A stretch of DNA of 64,000 nucleotides from Octopus vulgaris (taxonomy: Eukaryota), in NCBI GenBank assembly GCA_951406725.2, contig OX597815.1:79174001-79238000 (forward strand), read 5' to 3'. Within the stretch, counting starts at the first letter, position 1. Each line of letters starts with the position of its first letter. Position numbers and translations under genes: made by a program. The notes under the pieces are model-generated. The model saw nothing but the letters and a program-made list of their open reading frames with translations. It searched no databases and was not told where the DNA came from. Shown piece by piece: positions 26,197-38,242 of this stretch.

Positions 26197-28738
26197 GCCT
26201 CTCGCTAAGAGTAAAAGGCAGACTATATGATGCGTATGTACGTACAGCCATGCTACATGGTAGTGAAACATGGGCCGTGACAGCTGAGGATATGCGTAAG
26301 CTTGCAAGAAATGAAGCCAGTATGCTCCGATGGATGTGTAATGTCAGTGTTCATAATCGTCAGAGTGAAGTACTTTGAGAGAAAAGTTGAACCTAAGAAG
26401 TGTCAGTTGTGGTGTGCAAGAGAGACGGCTGCGCTGGTATGGTCATGTGACGAGAATGGCTGAAGATAGTTGTGTGCAAAAGTGCTACACCCTAGCAGTT
26501 GAGGGAACCTGTGGAAGAGGTAGACCCAGGAAAACCTGGGACGAGGTGGTGAAGCACGACCTTCGAACTTTAGGTCTCACCAAGGAAATGACTGAAGACC
26601 GAGTCCTGTGGAAGTGTGCTGTGCATGAGAGGACCCGGCAGGACTAGTCAGGCCATATCCCGTGGCCCCTACCTGGGACGTAGTCGATCCACCTGTGCAT
26701 ACCTTCCTTCTTGTGACACTTGTGAAGACCTGCTGAGGCAAGTGAAAATCAAAATCAATCAAAATAGATGAACATCAATGGAATTTGTATCTTTGTGGTA
26801 CCAGTGCCTGTGGCACACAAAGAAAACCATCCAAACGTGGCCGTAGCCAGTACCGCATCGACTCGCCTCCGTGCTGTGGGAACATGGTGGCACATAAAAA
26901 CACCATCCGAAGACCCGGCAAGACTAGTCAGGTCATAACCCGTGGGCCCTACCTGGGACGTAGTCAGTCCACCTGTACATACCTTCCTTCTTGTGACACT
27001 TGTGAAGACCTGTTGAGGCAAGTGAAAATCAAATCAAAACAAATCAAAATAGATGAACATCAATGGAATTTGTATCTTTGTGGTACCAGTGCCGGTGGCA
27101 CACAAGAATCCATCCGAACGTGGCCGTAGTCAGTACCGCTTGTGGTACCAGTGCCGGTGGCACACAAGAATCCATCCGAACGTGGCCGTAGTCAGTACCG
27201 CATCACTGGCCATCGTGCTGTGGGCACATAACAAACACCATCCGGTCGTGGCCGTTCGCCAGCCTCATCTAGCACCTGTGTCGGTGGCACATAAAAAGTA
27301 GTGCCGGTGGCACACAAGAATCCATCCGAACGTGGCCGTAGTCAGTACCGCTTGTGGTACCAGTGCCGGTGGCACACAAGAATCCATCCGAACGTGGCCG
27401 TAGTCAGTACCGCATCACTGGCCATCGTGCTGTGGGCACATAACAAACACCATCCGGTCGTGGCCGTTCGCCAGCCTCATCTAGCACCTGTGTCGGTGGC
27501 ACATAAAAGTAGTCAGTACCGCTTGTGGTACCAGTGCCGGTGGCACACAAGAATCCATCCGAACATGGCCATAGTCAGTACCGCATCACTGGCCATCGTG
27601 CTGTGGGCACATAACAAACACCATCCAATCGTGGCCGTTCGCCAGCCTCAGTACCGCATCACTGGCCATCGTGCTGTGGGCACATAACAAACACCATCCA
27701 ATCGTGGCCGTTCGCCAGCCTCATCTAGCACCTGTGTCGGTGGCACATAAAAACACCATCCGAAGACCCGGCAAGACTAGTCAGGCCATAAACCATGGCC
27801 CCTACCTGGGACGTAGTCAGTCCACCTGTGCATACCTTCCTCCTTGTGATACTTGTGAAGGCCTGTTGAGGCAAGTGAAAATCAAAATCAAAATCAAATC
27901 AAAACAAATCAAAATAGATGAACATCAATGGAATTTGTATCTTTGTGGTACCAGTGCCGGTGGCACACAAGAGAAAACCATCCGAAAGTGGCCGTAGCCA
28001 GTACCGCATCGACTGGCCTCCGTGCTGTGGGCACATGACAAACACCATCCGATCGTGGCCGTTCGCTAGCCTCATCTAGCACCTGTGTCGGTGGCACATA
28101 AAAACACCATCCGAAGACCCGGCAAGACTAGTCAGGCCATAACCCATGGCCCCTACCTGGGACGTAGTCAGTCCACCTGTGCATACCTTCCTTCTTGTGA
28201 CACTTGTGAAGACCTGTTGAGGCAAGTGAAAATCAAAACAAATCAAAATAGATGAACATCAATGGAATTTGTATCTTTGTGGTACCAGTGCCGGTGGCAC
28301 GTGGCACACAAGAAAACCATCCGAACGTGGCCGTAGCCAGTACCGCATCGACTGGCCTCCGTGCTGTGGGCACGTAACAAGCACCATCCGATCGTGGCCG
28401 TTTGCCAGCCTCATCTGGCACCTGTGTCGGTGGCACATAAAAACACCATCCGAGCGTGGCCGTCTGCCAGCCTCGTCTGGCACCTGTGTCGGTGGCACAT
28501 AAAAAACACCATCCGAGCGTGGCTGTTTGCCAGCCTCGTCTGGCACCTGTGTCGGTGGCACATAAAATCACCCACTACACTCTCGGAGTGGTTGGCGTTA
28601 GGAAGGGCATCCAGCTGTAGAAACACTGCCAGATCTGACTGGACTGGTGCAGCTTTCGGGCTCCCCAGACCCCAGTTGAACCATCCAACCCATGCTAGCA
28701 TGGAAAGCGGACGTTAAATGATGATGATGATGATGATG
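26191..28738 (+). mobile_element. 5'-truncated RTE-clade LINE with a multiply reiterated 3'UTR
   Basis: KGLSLRVKGRLYDA...RGRPRKTW (stop 26647), then about 2 kb of nested 3'UTR repeats; ends (GAT)n. Confidence 0.92.
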
Positions 28739-28776
28739 AAATATATGTACATGTGTTATATATGTATATATATATA

Positions 28777-28809
<33 letters not shown>

Positions 28810-28810
<1 letters not shown>

Positions 28811-29020
28811 ACAGGAAGCTTTATGAAAATAAACAAAAGACGAAAGCAGGTGGAGTACAAACAAACAATTGTATTAGTATGGCGCTCAGGAATATAAATA
28901 AAACAAGTCTTTTACATTTCGAGCCTACGCTCTTCAACAGAAAGATACACAGAAAAGAAACACGGAGAGAAACAAGGAGAGAAAAAAATGCGTGCAAAAG
29001 CTAGCGATTCAACATGGTGA
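28810..29020 (-). mobile_element. Short repeat with a hammerhead-like fold (same family as 11450-11640)
   Basis: tctttCTGTTGAagagcgtaggctcGAAATGTAaaaga on the minus strand. Confidence 0.6.
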
Positions 29021-29039
29021 TATATATATATATATATAT

Positions 29040-30012
29040 GTAAATTAAATTAGAGATAAAACCACAATTAGGCAAATCAAACAGTGAAAAACATAAACCA
29101 AAACATAGAAATAAAATTAATTAATATAATATATTCGTAGTATTTATTGGATACTATATAACTACGGATTGATAATTTCATTGTATAAGTATTTAGCTGT
29201 TGAAGATATGTATTTCATTATTTCATTTTAGTTCTTAACAATACGGTTTTTGTAAGTTATTAATTAGCCAACGAGATATATGGATTGTTAATTAGTTATA
29301 GGGTTCTTTTAAGATAGTTTGTTTGTTTACAATTTGCTTTTTCATCTTTAATCTTTTAATTTTTAATATATTTCATAAGTAATAATGAATAATTAATTTA
29401 TTAGGTTTTTATTATACGTGCATATATATTTATTGATAGAGATAAGTTTAGATCCTAATTCTTATATTTATATACATTTATATATATTCATTGATAATTT
29501 AGTTATTATTCAAATATTATATAATTATTTTTTTTGATTATTAAACATTTAGGTAATTAGATATATGACTGAGATTAGATTATTTGTGAGTTTATTATGT
29601 TTTTTTAAAGCCATATTATATCTGAATAGATAAATACATTTTCTATCTATTCTTACCTTAAAAATTAATATTTAACATTATAATCGATTGTATGACATAA
29701 TCATAATCATTAAAGTTTCTAGTTTGATAATAGAGTTTTTATTTTTTTATAAGAAAAATTATTATTTTATTTATTTCTTAAAAAAATATTGTTTAAATAT
29801 ATTTGATTATTTATTTAACTATTATCATTAACCTGAAGATTGACTATAACCATAATTCGAATTATTAATTAAATTTAAATTATTGTTATTCGAATTAGGT
29901 TATGGGCATGAAACAATCGTAGTGGTTTTACTTTTTATCTTATATTAAACTTTTTAATACTTTTTGATAGTTATATATATTTAATAAAAAATAAAAAAAT
30001 AAATAAATACAA

Positions 30013-30043
<31 letters not shown>

Positions 30044-30275
30044 TTTATAAATATAAATTAATAATTTTTAATTTAAATTTTGATTTTTATATTTTATATA
30101 TTTTGTATATTATATTAATTAATTTTATTTCTATGTTTTGGTTTATGTTTTTCCCTGTTTGATTTGCCTAATAGTGGTTTTATCTCTAATTTAATTTATA
30201 TTTATACTGTAAATTGGATTTAATTTTAAATCTAATTTTCCCCTGTAAGTTTGGATTTACTCCCTAATATTATTA
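29040..30275. mobile_element. Extremely AT-rich Penelope-like remnant with inverted termini
   Basis: About 90-bp inverted ends (29041-29130 / 30108-30198) related to the 20125 element; CTGAAGA...GAAACAATCGTAGTGG at 29833-29925. Confidence 0.65.
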
Positions 30276-30424
30276 TTATTATATATATATCCCTCATTCA
30301 TTGGACAATAAACCTTGCTTGTGAAGACCGAGTGAGGCAAGTGAAATCAAAATCTAAATTGCTGATGTGGCCAACGACAGTACCGCCTGATTGGCACTCG
30401 TGCCAGTGGAATGTTATATATATG

Positions 30425-30725
30425 TGGATATACATATACATATTAAAGCCTCAGGCCGACAAAAGCCTTGTGAGTGGATTTTGTACATGGAAACTGAAAG
30501 AAGACTGTCGTATATATGCGTATATTTTGTGTGTGTGTGTGTGTGTGTTTGTACCCCATTTTTTGACAACTGATGTTGCTGCGTTTACATTCCCATAACT
30601 TAGTGTGGCAAAAGACACTGTTAGAATAAATAGTAGGCTTACAAAGAATAAATCCTGTGGTCGATTTGTTCAACCAATGGTGGTGCTCCAGCATGGCCAC
30701 AGTCCCATGACTGAAACAAGTAAAA
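30425..30725 (+). mobile_element. SINE family A, 5'-truncated
   Basis: aagccttgtgagtggatt...gctccagcatggccacag...tgactgaaacaagtaaa. Confidence 0.75.
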
Positions 30726-32689
30726 TAGTAAAAAAACTATGCTGTCTTAATCCCAAGCAAGGTATCTTGCCGGGTATCTCTGCTTGTATACACTATATAT
30801 GTAACTCGTATGCTGAAAAATAGAGTAAATGGTATGATATATTCACTAGGATAACCACACACACACTGTATTGCTGGTGCCCATAGCTGCACTAAAAACT
30901 TCTGTGAAGCTAGTATGGGCGACCACAAAGCACCAATTACTGCAAATAAGATACTTGAATTGTATATCTACTTAAAAAAAACAAAAACTGATTCTGGATT
31001 CTTTTCCTGTTAATTCATTTAGATTATGTGCTCCCTCTCTACTTGTCTATCTTCTGAACTCTCTCTCTCCCTCTGCTTAATATGTGTTTGTGTGTACGTA
31101 TGTGTGAGTGTGTGCATGCATGCATATATATATATATATATGATATAAGTTATATGATGTATAAAAACATGTAATATACAAATAAATATCTGTAAATATA
31201 AAACCATCCGAATTTCTGAGTACCTCATTTCTTCTAATATAAAATGCCTGTACATCATCTCCAAACCTTCTAATATATATATATATCATGCTTGTATGGT
31301 ACTCTTAGTGTTCCACTAGCATAAATGCCAGTCATCGAATATGATTTCGATTTCCTCGAAATCAAATTTGATGACTGGTATCTGTGCTAGTGGAGCGCTA
31401 AGAGTACCATACAAGCCTGATTGTTGCCAGAGCAACAAGCTGGCCTCCGTGCCAATGGCTTGTAAAAAAACACTATTCGAGTGTGATCGTTACTTGCGTC
31501 ACCTTACTGGCACTTGTGCTGGTGGCATGTGAAAAAAACATTCAAGCGAGGTTGTTGCCAGTGCTGCTGGACTGGCTCCTGTGCAGGTACACATATATAT
31601 ATGTATGTATATATATATACATGCACGTATGTAAAAGACAGAGTGAATGGTGTATTGTATGAAACCTGTATATTGATTAAATTGTCACACCTGGAATACC
31701 TTGGTGTTATTTTTATTGTGAGTTATTATTCAAATGCATGTGATATCTTAAATGGTAAAATATGAAAATCTCTCTCTATTATAAATAACAATTTGAAATA
31801 ACAAATTTATGCAGAATTCTATGTTTCAAATTCAACTGCTTAGCCAACAACTGAATATTTTTTTAGACAATATTGAGTATTTAAGCTAGGACAGCAAGCT
31901 GGAAGAATTGTTAGCATGCCAGGCAAAATGCTCTGCAACATTTTGTCCATCTTTATGTTCTGAGTTCAAATTCTACCGAGTCAACTATTACGTATGTATC
32001 TCTTTGTTTTGGCATTGCACCATAGTTGTAAATGAGTGTGACTGCCTTGCAAGTGGTGTTATTCAGTTCCAGTTTGCAGTGAAAATATCTGACCAAGATA
32101 AAATATTAACTTTTCTGGAAACAGGTGAAAGTTGGTGATAGGAAGGCTAGCCAAGCATTGAAAATCTGCCACAATGAATTGTCTGACCTAAGCTAGCAGG
32201 AAAAGATGGATGTCAAAATTAGATGATGTTGCCTCCAACATTGTTTTCTGATTCCTTTCTTCTACTAGTTTTTACTCCCTTAAACTAGCATACGAAATAC
32301 TATGCCCAAAGGGCTTCTCCCTCAGACGGAAAGGCAGATTATGTGATAATCTCAGGTATTTTGTCTGTCTTTATGTTCTGAGTTCAAATTCCACCAAGGT
32401 TCACTTTGCCTTTCATCCTTTCAGGGTTGATAAATAAAGTACCAGTTTCGTACTGGGGGTCAATCTAATTGACTGGGCCCCTCTTGCCAAATTTCAGGCC
32501 TTGTGTCTATAGTAGAAAAGGTGATAGGAAGGCTGTCCAAGCATTGAAAATCTGCCACAATGAATTGTCTAACCCAAGCAAGCATGAAAAGATGGATGTC
32601 AAACTCATGACAATTATGATGATGTTGCCCTCTATATCACACATACATTCTTTTCTGATTCCTTTCTTCTATTAGTTTCTGCTCCTTTA

Positions 32690-33490
32690 AATTAGCACAC
32701 GAAATACCATGCCCAAAGTTCTGAGAGTTTCTACCTTTGTTGGTCACAAAGGGCTTCACCCTCAAAGTGAAAGGCAGATCATATGATACTTGTGAGTAAA
32801 CAGCCATGCTACATAGCAGTGAAATGTGGGTTTTGGCTGCAGAGGACAAGTGATGGCTTGAAAGAAATGAAGCTAAAATGCACCACTGGATGTGCTCTGT
32901 CAACATAGAACAGAGTGTGTCTTAAGAGAAAAATTGGGTATCAGATGTAGTGTGCAAGAGAGAAGACTGCGTTGGTATGGTCATGTGATGTGTATGGACA
33001 AGGATAGCTGCATAAAGAAGAAATGATCTCTAATTGTGGTGGGGAACCTGTGGAAGAGGTAGACCCAGGAAGACGTGAGATGAGGTGATGAAATGTGATC
33101 TTTGGATATTGAGTCTAATTGAGACAATGACAAGTGACAGACTTGTGGTGATCTGCTCTGCTTGAGAAGATACTTTAAGTTAAGTGAAATTGTGGTTGTG
33201 GCTAGTGCTGGTGACACATGAAAGGCACCCATGTTGGTGACACACACAAGGCACCTGTCTGGTGACGTGTAAAATGTACCTGCGCTGGTGAAATGTAAAG
33301 GACCTCCAGTACACTCGGTAGAGTGATAAGTGTTAGGAAGGGTATCCTGCCATAGAAACCAAGCTAAAACAGACTGAGGTGTAGTGCAGCTCTCTGTCAA
33401 ATCGCCTAACCCATGGTGATGATGATGACAATTATGATGATATATAACCCATGCCAGCAAGGAGAACGGACATTAAATGATTATGATGAT
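32690..33490 (+). mobile_element. Old RTE RT C-terminus plus 3'UTR
   Basis: Degenerate KF.E.LPLLVTKGF, RRLRWYGHV, GRGRPRKT; tail ttaaatgattatgatg. Confidence 0.75.
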
Positions 33491-33550
33491 ATATAAACAA
33501 ACAACAGAAACAGCATACAAGTCAAACCCAGTGTGACTTTTATATAAAAA

Positions 33551-35125
33551 CTAGCATTATGACCTGTCGTTGCTGGGTCATTGTGCTAGTGCATGTATGT
33601 GTATATATATGTGTGTACATATTACATGTACATCTATATATATACATTTATGCATAAAATACAAAATACAAAGTTATATCTTGATATCACTAGTGATAAC
33701 AATACTCAAAATATATAACAGACTGGAACTGTAGGCCCGTCTCTTGCAATTTCAATCAATTGTATCTTGTCCTCCCTCTTGTATAGAAGTGTGGCTACAA
33801 TCCAGCCTACCTCTACTTCTGGGGGGACATTTTAAATTTTTATCCGGGATGTCCTACGTCCCAGATATAGAGGTAAAAATAAAATATTTCCACTTTGCAA
33901 GGTTCGAGTCAAGTACTCCCTTGCACACTCCATTGACTTGAACCTTGCTTCTATTGTGGTGAATTTACCACCTCTGGTTAGATATCTTTCATAGTCACAC
34001 CAAAATACTTTTCGATGGTGCTTTCCTCCAGGTGTTCAAATCTTTTTTTTCTCTACATTAGTCTTTTCTTTAATTTAATTTTTTATTTCGTTTGGTGGTG
34101 TTATCCTAGATTCACCGTCTTTGTCGGTGATCAATCCAAAATAGGTTTGTATTTCTTCCATTTTATTTTTAATGAGTTTGCGCCCGCCGACGGCTGCAGT
34201 GAAATTCATTTTTGGACTTTCTTCTATTGAAGGCATTCTAACAAAAATGCTTCCGTGTAAATGGTGAAAATATTGTCAATTTCCCCAAACAGGGACACAA
34301 TTCAATTTTTAAATAACCAAAGCTCCTTCTCCCAAAGGGGGAGGGTTACAGTTTACAATTATTTAACAAATGCAACACAACAATGTTTCTCTTACGAGGA
34401 ACCAACAAACGTGATAACAATAGTTAAACAGTAATAATAATAACAACAAACCTTACGGTGAATCAAAAAGCAGTATGCAGTTGAAGCTATAGTCCTTTAT
34501 GTATAAGAAATAAACCAACAGCAGTACTCAGTAGAAGCGGCTGTTCGAGAAAACAGACATTACATACAGCCAAACATCATATAGATACTTAATGCTAGCT
34601 AATTAGCAGATAATCTAATGTAAAAGCCCTGGTAAATGGTATGTGCACAACTCCATCTGGATTATTCCATTTCTGCACGCTAATTTTATTTTTAATTTAT
34701 TCCCATTCATGTGAAATTACTTATTCAAGTTCAAGTCATTGATGCAATTTTATACCAGTTGCTATTTTTACTTTTGTTATGTTATGATTATATTATACTT
34801 TTGTTTGAGTTTAATTATTACTTACTACATATAATTCAATTGTTATTATTATCCCTAATTTTTGTTAAAGTGAAAGTATCTGACATAAAATAAAGAAATG
34901 TTTTTGTTTCACTTTTAACACGTAATACTGAAATAGTGTAGAAGATATGATATTGCTATGGGCTCGCCCTAGGCAAGAAGTTGAACATTTTTTTTGCCCA
35001 TGAAACTACATGGACCCTAAATAAGGCATGTGTAAAATTTTAATGAAATTGGTTGTGTAGTTCTCAAGTTTTAGGGAAACACACAAACAGACAGACACAC
35101 ATTCTCAGTTTTATATATATAGAGA
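33551..35125 (-). mobile_element. Complete non-autonomous Helitron (about 1.57 kb)
   Basis: Minus strand A|TCTCTATATATATAAAACTGAG...subterminal hairpin (tgacccagcaacgacaggtca)...CTAG|T; A/T target, no TSD. Confidence 0.75.
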
Positions 35126-35154
35126 TAACCTTGTGGAGTGAATGCAGGAAATAT

Positions 35155-35350
35155 TGATTTCAAATTTTGGCACAAGGCCAAAATTTTGAGGGAAGGATAA
35201 GTCAATAACATTGGTCTCAGTATTCAACAGATACTTATTTTATTGATTCTGGAGGGATGAAAGGCAAAGTCAGCCTCTGTGGAATTTGAACTCAGAACAT
35301 AAAGACAGACTAAATGCCCTTTCACAGTAACAATCTGCCAACTCACCACC
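35155..35350 (-). mobile_element. SINE family C, degenerate
   Basis: ggatgaaaggcaaagtc...ggaatttgaactcagaac. Confidence 0.7.
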
Positions 35351-36149
35351 TTAAATGCTGGAAATATTAAATTTAGTGATGTGATGGCATCAACCCAATT
35401 CATTAATATCATGCACTCTAAGATCATATGGTATCACTAAATGGTCAATAATAAGCACTTTTGTTCTGAAGTTTTCACTTAGTCTTCTTTTATTTCTAGT
35501 TTTTACATCAACAAATTCAAAGGTAGCTTTTGGAATCTAAATTTTAAAATTCTTTCAGTTTTATCTATTTTCCCCTTCTCAAAAAGTTACAAAACACTCT
35601 GGCATTGAAATTCAGCATTTATCAAGGACTATGGAGCAGATGTTAGCCTCTGACAAGTTAAGTGTAAAGAACTGGTTTGCATTCCAAGATACAAGCCCTG
35701 ATAGTAGCTACTTCAGTATATCTTTGCCTCTAATAAATACTTTCAACATTTCAATGTTTTCATTTTTCCTTTCCATGCTGGCATGGAATGTTTGTCAGTG
35801 AAGAAACAACTAACTGATAATACCTAATTATAAACTAGTTTCACAATCTTAATTATAAAGATAGTACTCTATCATTTTCTTTTATCAAATTTCACTATCA
35901 TTATTACAACATCCTTTCATCCATCCACCACCAATACCACCATAAGATTTATAGGAGCCTAATTAGGAAACAGACACTTGCATCTTAGGAAAACTTATTT
36001 GTTTTGTTTAATGTGTTATAAATTGTATCAGTTACATCACGTTTTGAGATTAGCAATGTAGGTGTCAAGCGATGATGGGGGGACAAACACACACATATAT
36101 GTATATATATATATATATATATAATGGTATTTTTATATAAGTTTAAACC

Positions 36150-36620
36150 ATGTTTATATAAGCAATTCGTCCATGTAGTCCAAATTTTCTCAAATGGTTG
36201 CAGATGGTTTGTGGTGTAAAAAGAACACCATTCTCATGGTTTATAAATGTCAATAGCTGTCAGCATTCAGTTGCATTCCAAAAGTCGGTAGATTCGACGG
36301 TCCAACTGTGCTGTCATTTTTCTTGGGGCACCAGTCCTTTGCCAATCTTTATATTGATCAGTCTCCAAGTATAACTTCCACACTTGCAAGCAAGCCGTTT
36401 TACTGCACTTAAGTTGCTTGCTGATGTTCGAAAAGGAAACTTTTTGCTGGTAGAGTAATATGATTTTTTTGCTCTCGTGACTGGACTAAGGCTACGTTGT
36501 TTTCCCATTATTAATCAATTGTATAATAACGTTAAATTATAAAACTATATAGTGCAGTTAAGCAAGTTGTGTGACCTCCCATTTTGGCAAAAAAATTTGC
36601 ATACATATTACATGGTCTTA
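36150..36620 (-). mobile_element. Tc1-like transposase N-terminal remnant
   Basis: MGKQRSLS start typical of the Tc1 paired-like domain; downstream RK.WTTWT-like segment; frameshifted. Confidence 0.4.
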
Positions 36621-36745
36621 AACTAATTTTGCTGGTAAATTTGAAACATTTACATTAATTTAACATTAGAATTCTTCAAGTTGTATAAAAATAGCTATTG
36701 TCTGCATCAGAGAAATAAATTCTGCATAAGGTGTAAAAGATAAAA

Positions 36746-36810
<65 letters not shown>

Positions 36811-37094
36811 TGTATAGAGTTAATCTATTTTTTTGTTATTTTTCATTTGTCCTGCCCGTTTACATTCTTGGCGTGTTGAATTAATGCTTGAGAATAATTC
36901 TTTAGTGGTCGATTCTCTTTGCGGATCTATTTCTAGCGTTAGAATGACTACATGTGGTCTCTCTCTTATTACTTGTATTAATAATTTTTACTGTATCCCA
37001 GTTCTTTTACGCTAGGCCACTTGGTGTTTTAAATTGATGTTATTCATTAATATTCAATTTTTTTCAACCTTATTGTGATTTTATATATATATAT

Positions 37095-37735
37095 TCTTTT
37101 ATTTATCATTTATTTGTTTCAATCTTTTGACTGTGGCCATGCTGGAGCACTGCCTTTAGTCAAATGAATTGATCCCAGGACTTATTCTTTGTAAGCCTAG
37201 TACTTATTCTATCAGTCTCTTTTACTGAACCGCTAGCTTACAGGGACATAAACACACCAGCATCGGTTGTCAAGCGATAGTGGGGGTGAAGGGACAAGCA
37301 CAGACATAAAAACACTCACACATACATACATATATATATATATATATGATGGGCTTCTTTCAATTTCTGTCAACCAAATCCACTCACAAGGCTTTGGTCA
37401 GCCCGAGGCTATAGTAGAAGACACTTGCCCAAGGTGCCATGCAGTGGGACTGAACCTGGAATCATGTGGTTGGTAAGCAAGCTACTTATCACACAGCCAC
37501 TCCTGTGCCTATATATACATACATATATATATATTCTTTTACTTGTTTCAGTCATTTGAGTGTAGCCATGATGGAGCACCACCTTTAGTCGAGGTCACTT
37601 TTGCCAAACTGCTAAGTTATGGGGACGTAAACACACCACCATCGGGTGTCAAGCGATGTTGTGGGGGACAAACACACACATATATGTATATATATGTATA
37701 GGTGTGAATGGTTTAAGCTTATATAAAAATACCAT

Positions 37736-37766
<31 letters not shown>

Positions 37767-38200
37767 TTGTCCCCCCATCATCACTTGACAACCAATGCTG
37801 GTATGTTTACGTGCCCATAACTTAGTGGTTTGGCAAAAGAGAGCAACAGAATAAGTACTAGGTTTACAAAGAATAAGTCCTGGGGTTGATTTGGTCAACT
37901 AAAGGCGGTGCTCCAGCATGGCTACACTCAAATGACTGAAACAAGTAAAAGAATATACATATATATATAAAACAAGGTCATTACATATAATTCCAGTATT
38001 TGAGCAAATTTGGTTTACAGCTGTTTCGAGTAGTCATTATATACATATATATGGTGAGCTTCTTTCAGTTTCCATCTACCAAATCCACTCACAAGACTTT
38101 GGCCAGCTCAAGGCTATAGTAGAAGACACTTGCCCAAGCTGCCATGCAGTGAGACTGAGCCCAGAACCATGTGGTTGATAAGCAAGCTACTTACCGCACA

Positions 38201-38205
<5 letters not shown>
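37095..38205. mobile_element. Cluster of four SINE family A pieces (37095-37510 -, 37530-37680 -, 37760-37955 +, 38055-38205 -)
   Basis: Head and tail homology to family A, separated by (TA)n. Confidence 0.8.

Positions 38206-38242
<37 letters not shown>

Noticed and set aside
26717-26747. SECIS-like tandem G.A hairpin (cacttgTGAAgacctgcTGAGgcaagtg) in the RTE 3'UTR
   Set aside because: The upper stem is far too short, there is no apical AAR motif, and no in-frame UGA readthrough is evident.
26790-28570. CRISPR-like array (constant hairpin repeat with variable spacers next to an RT)
   Set aside because: The spacers are re-used pieces of the same RTE 3'UTR, spacing is irregular, there are no cas genes, and the context is eukaryotic.
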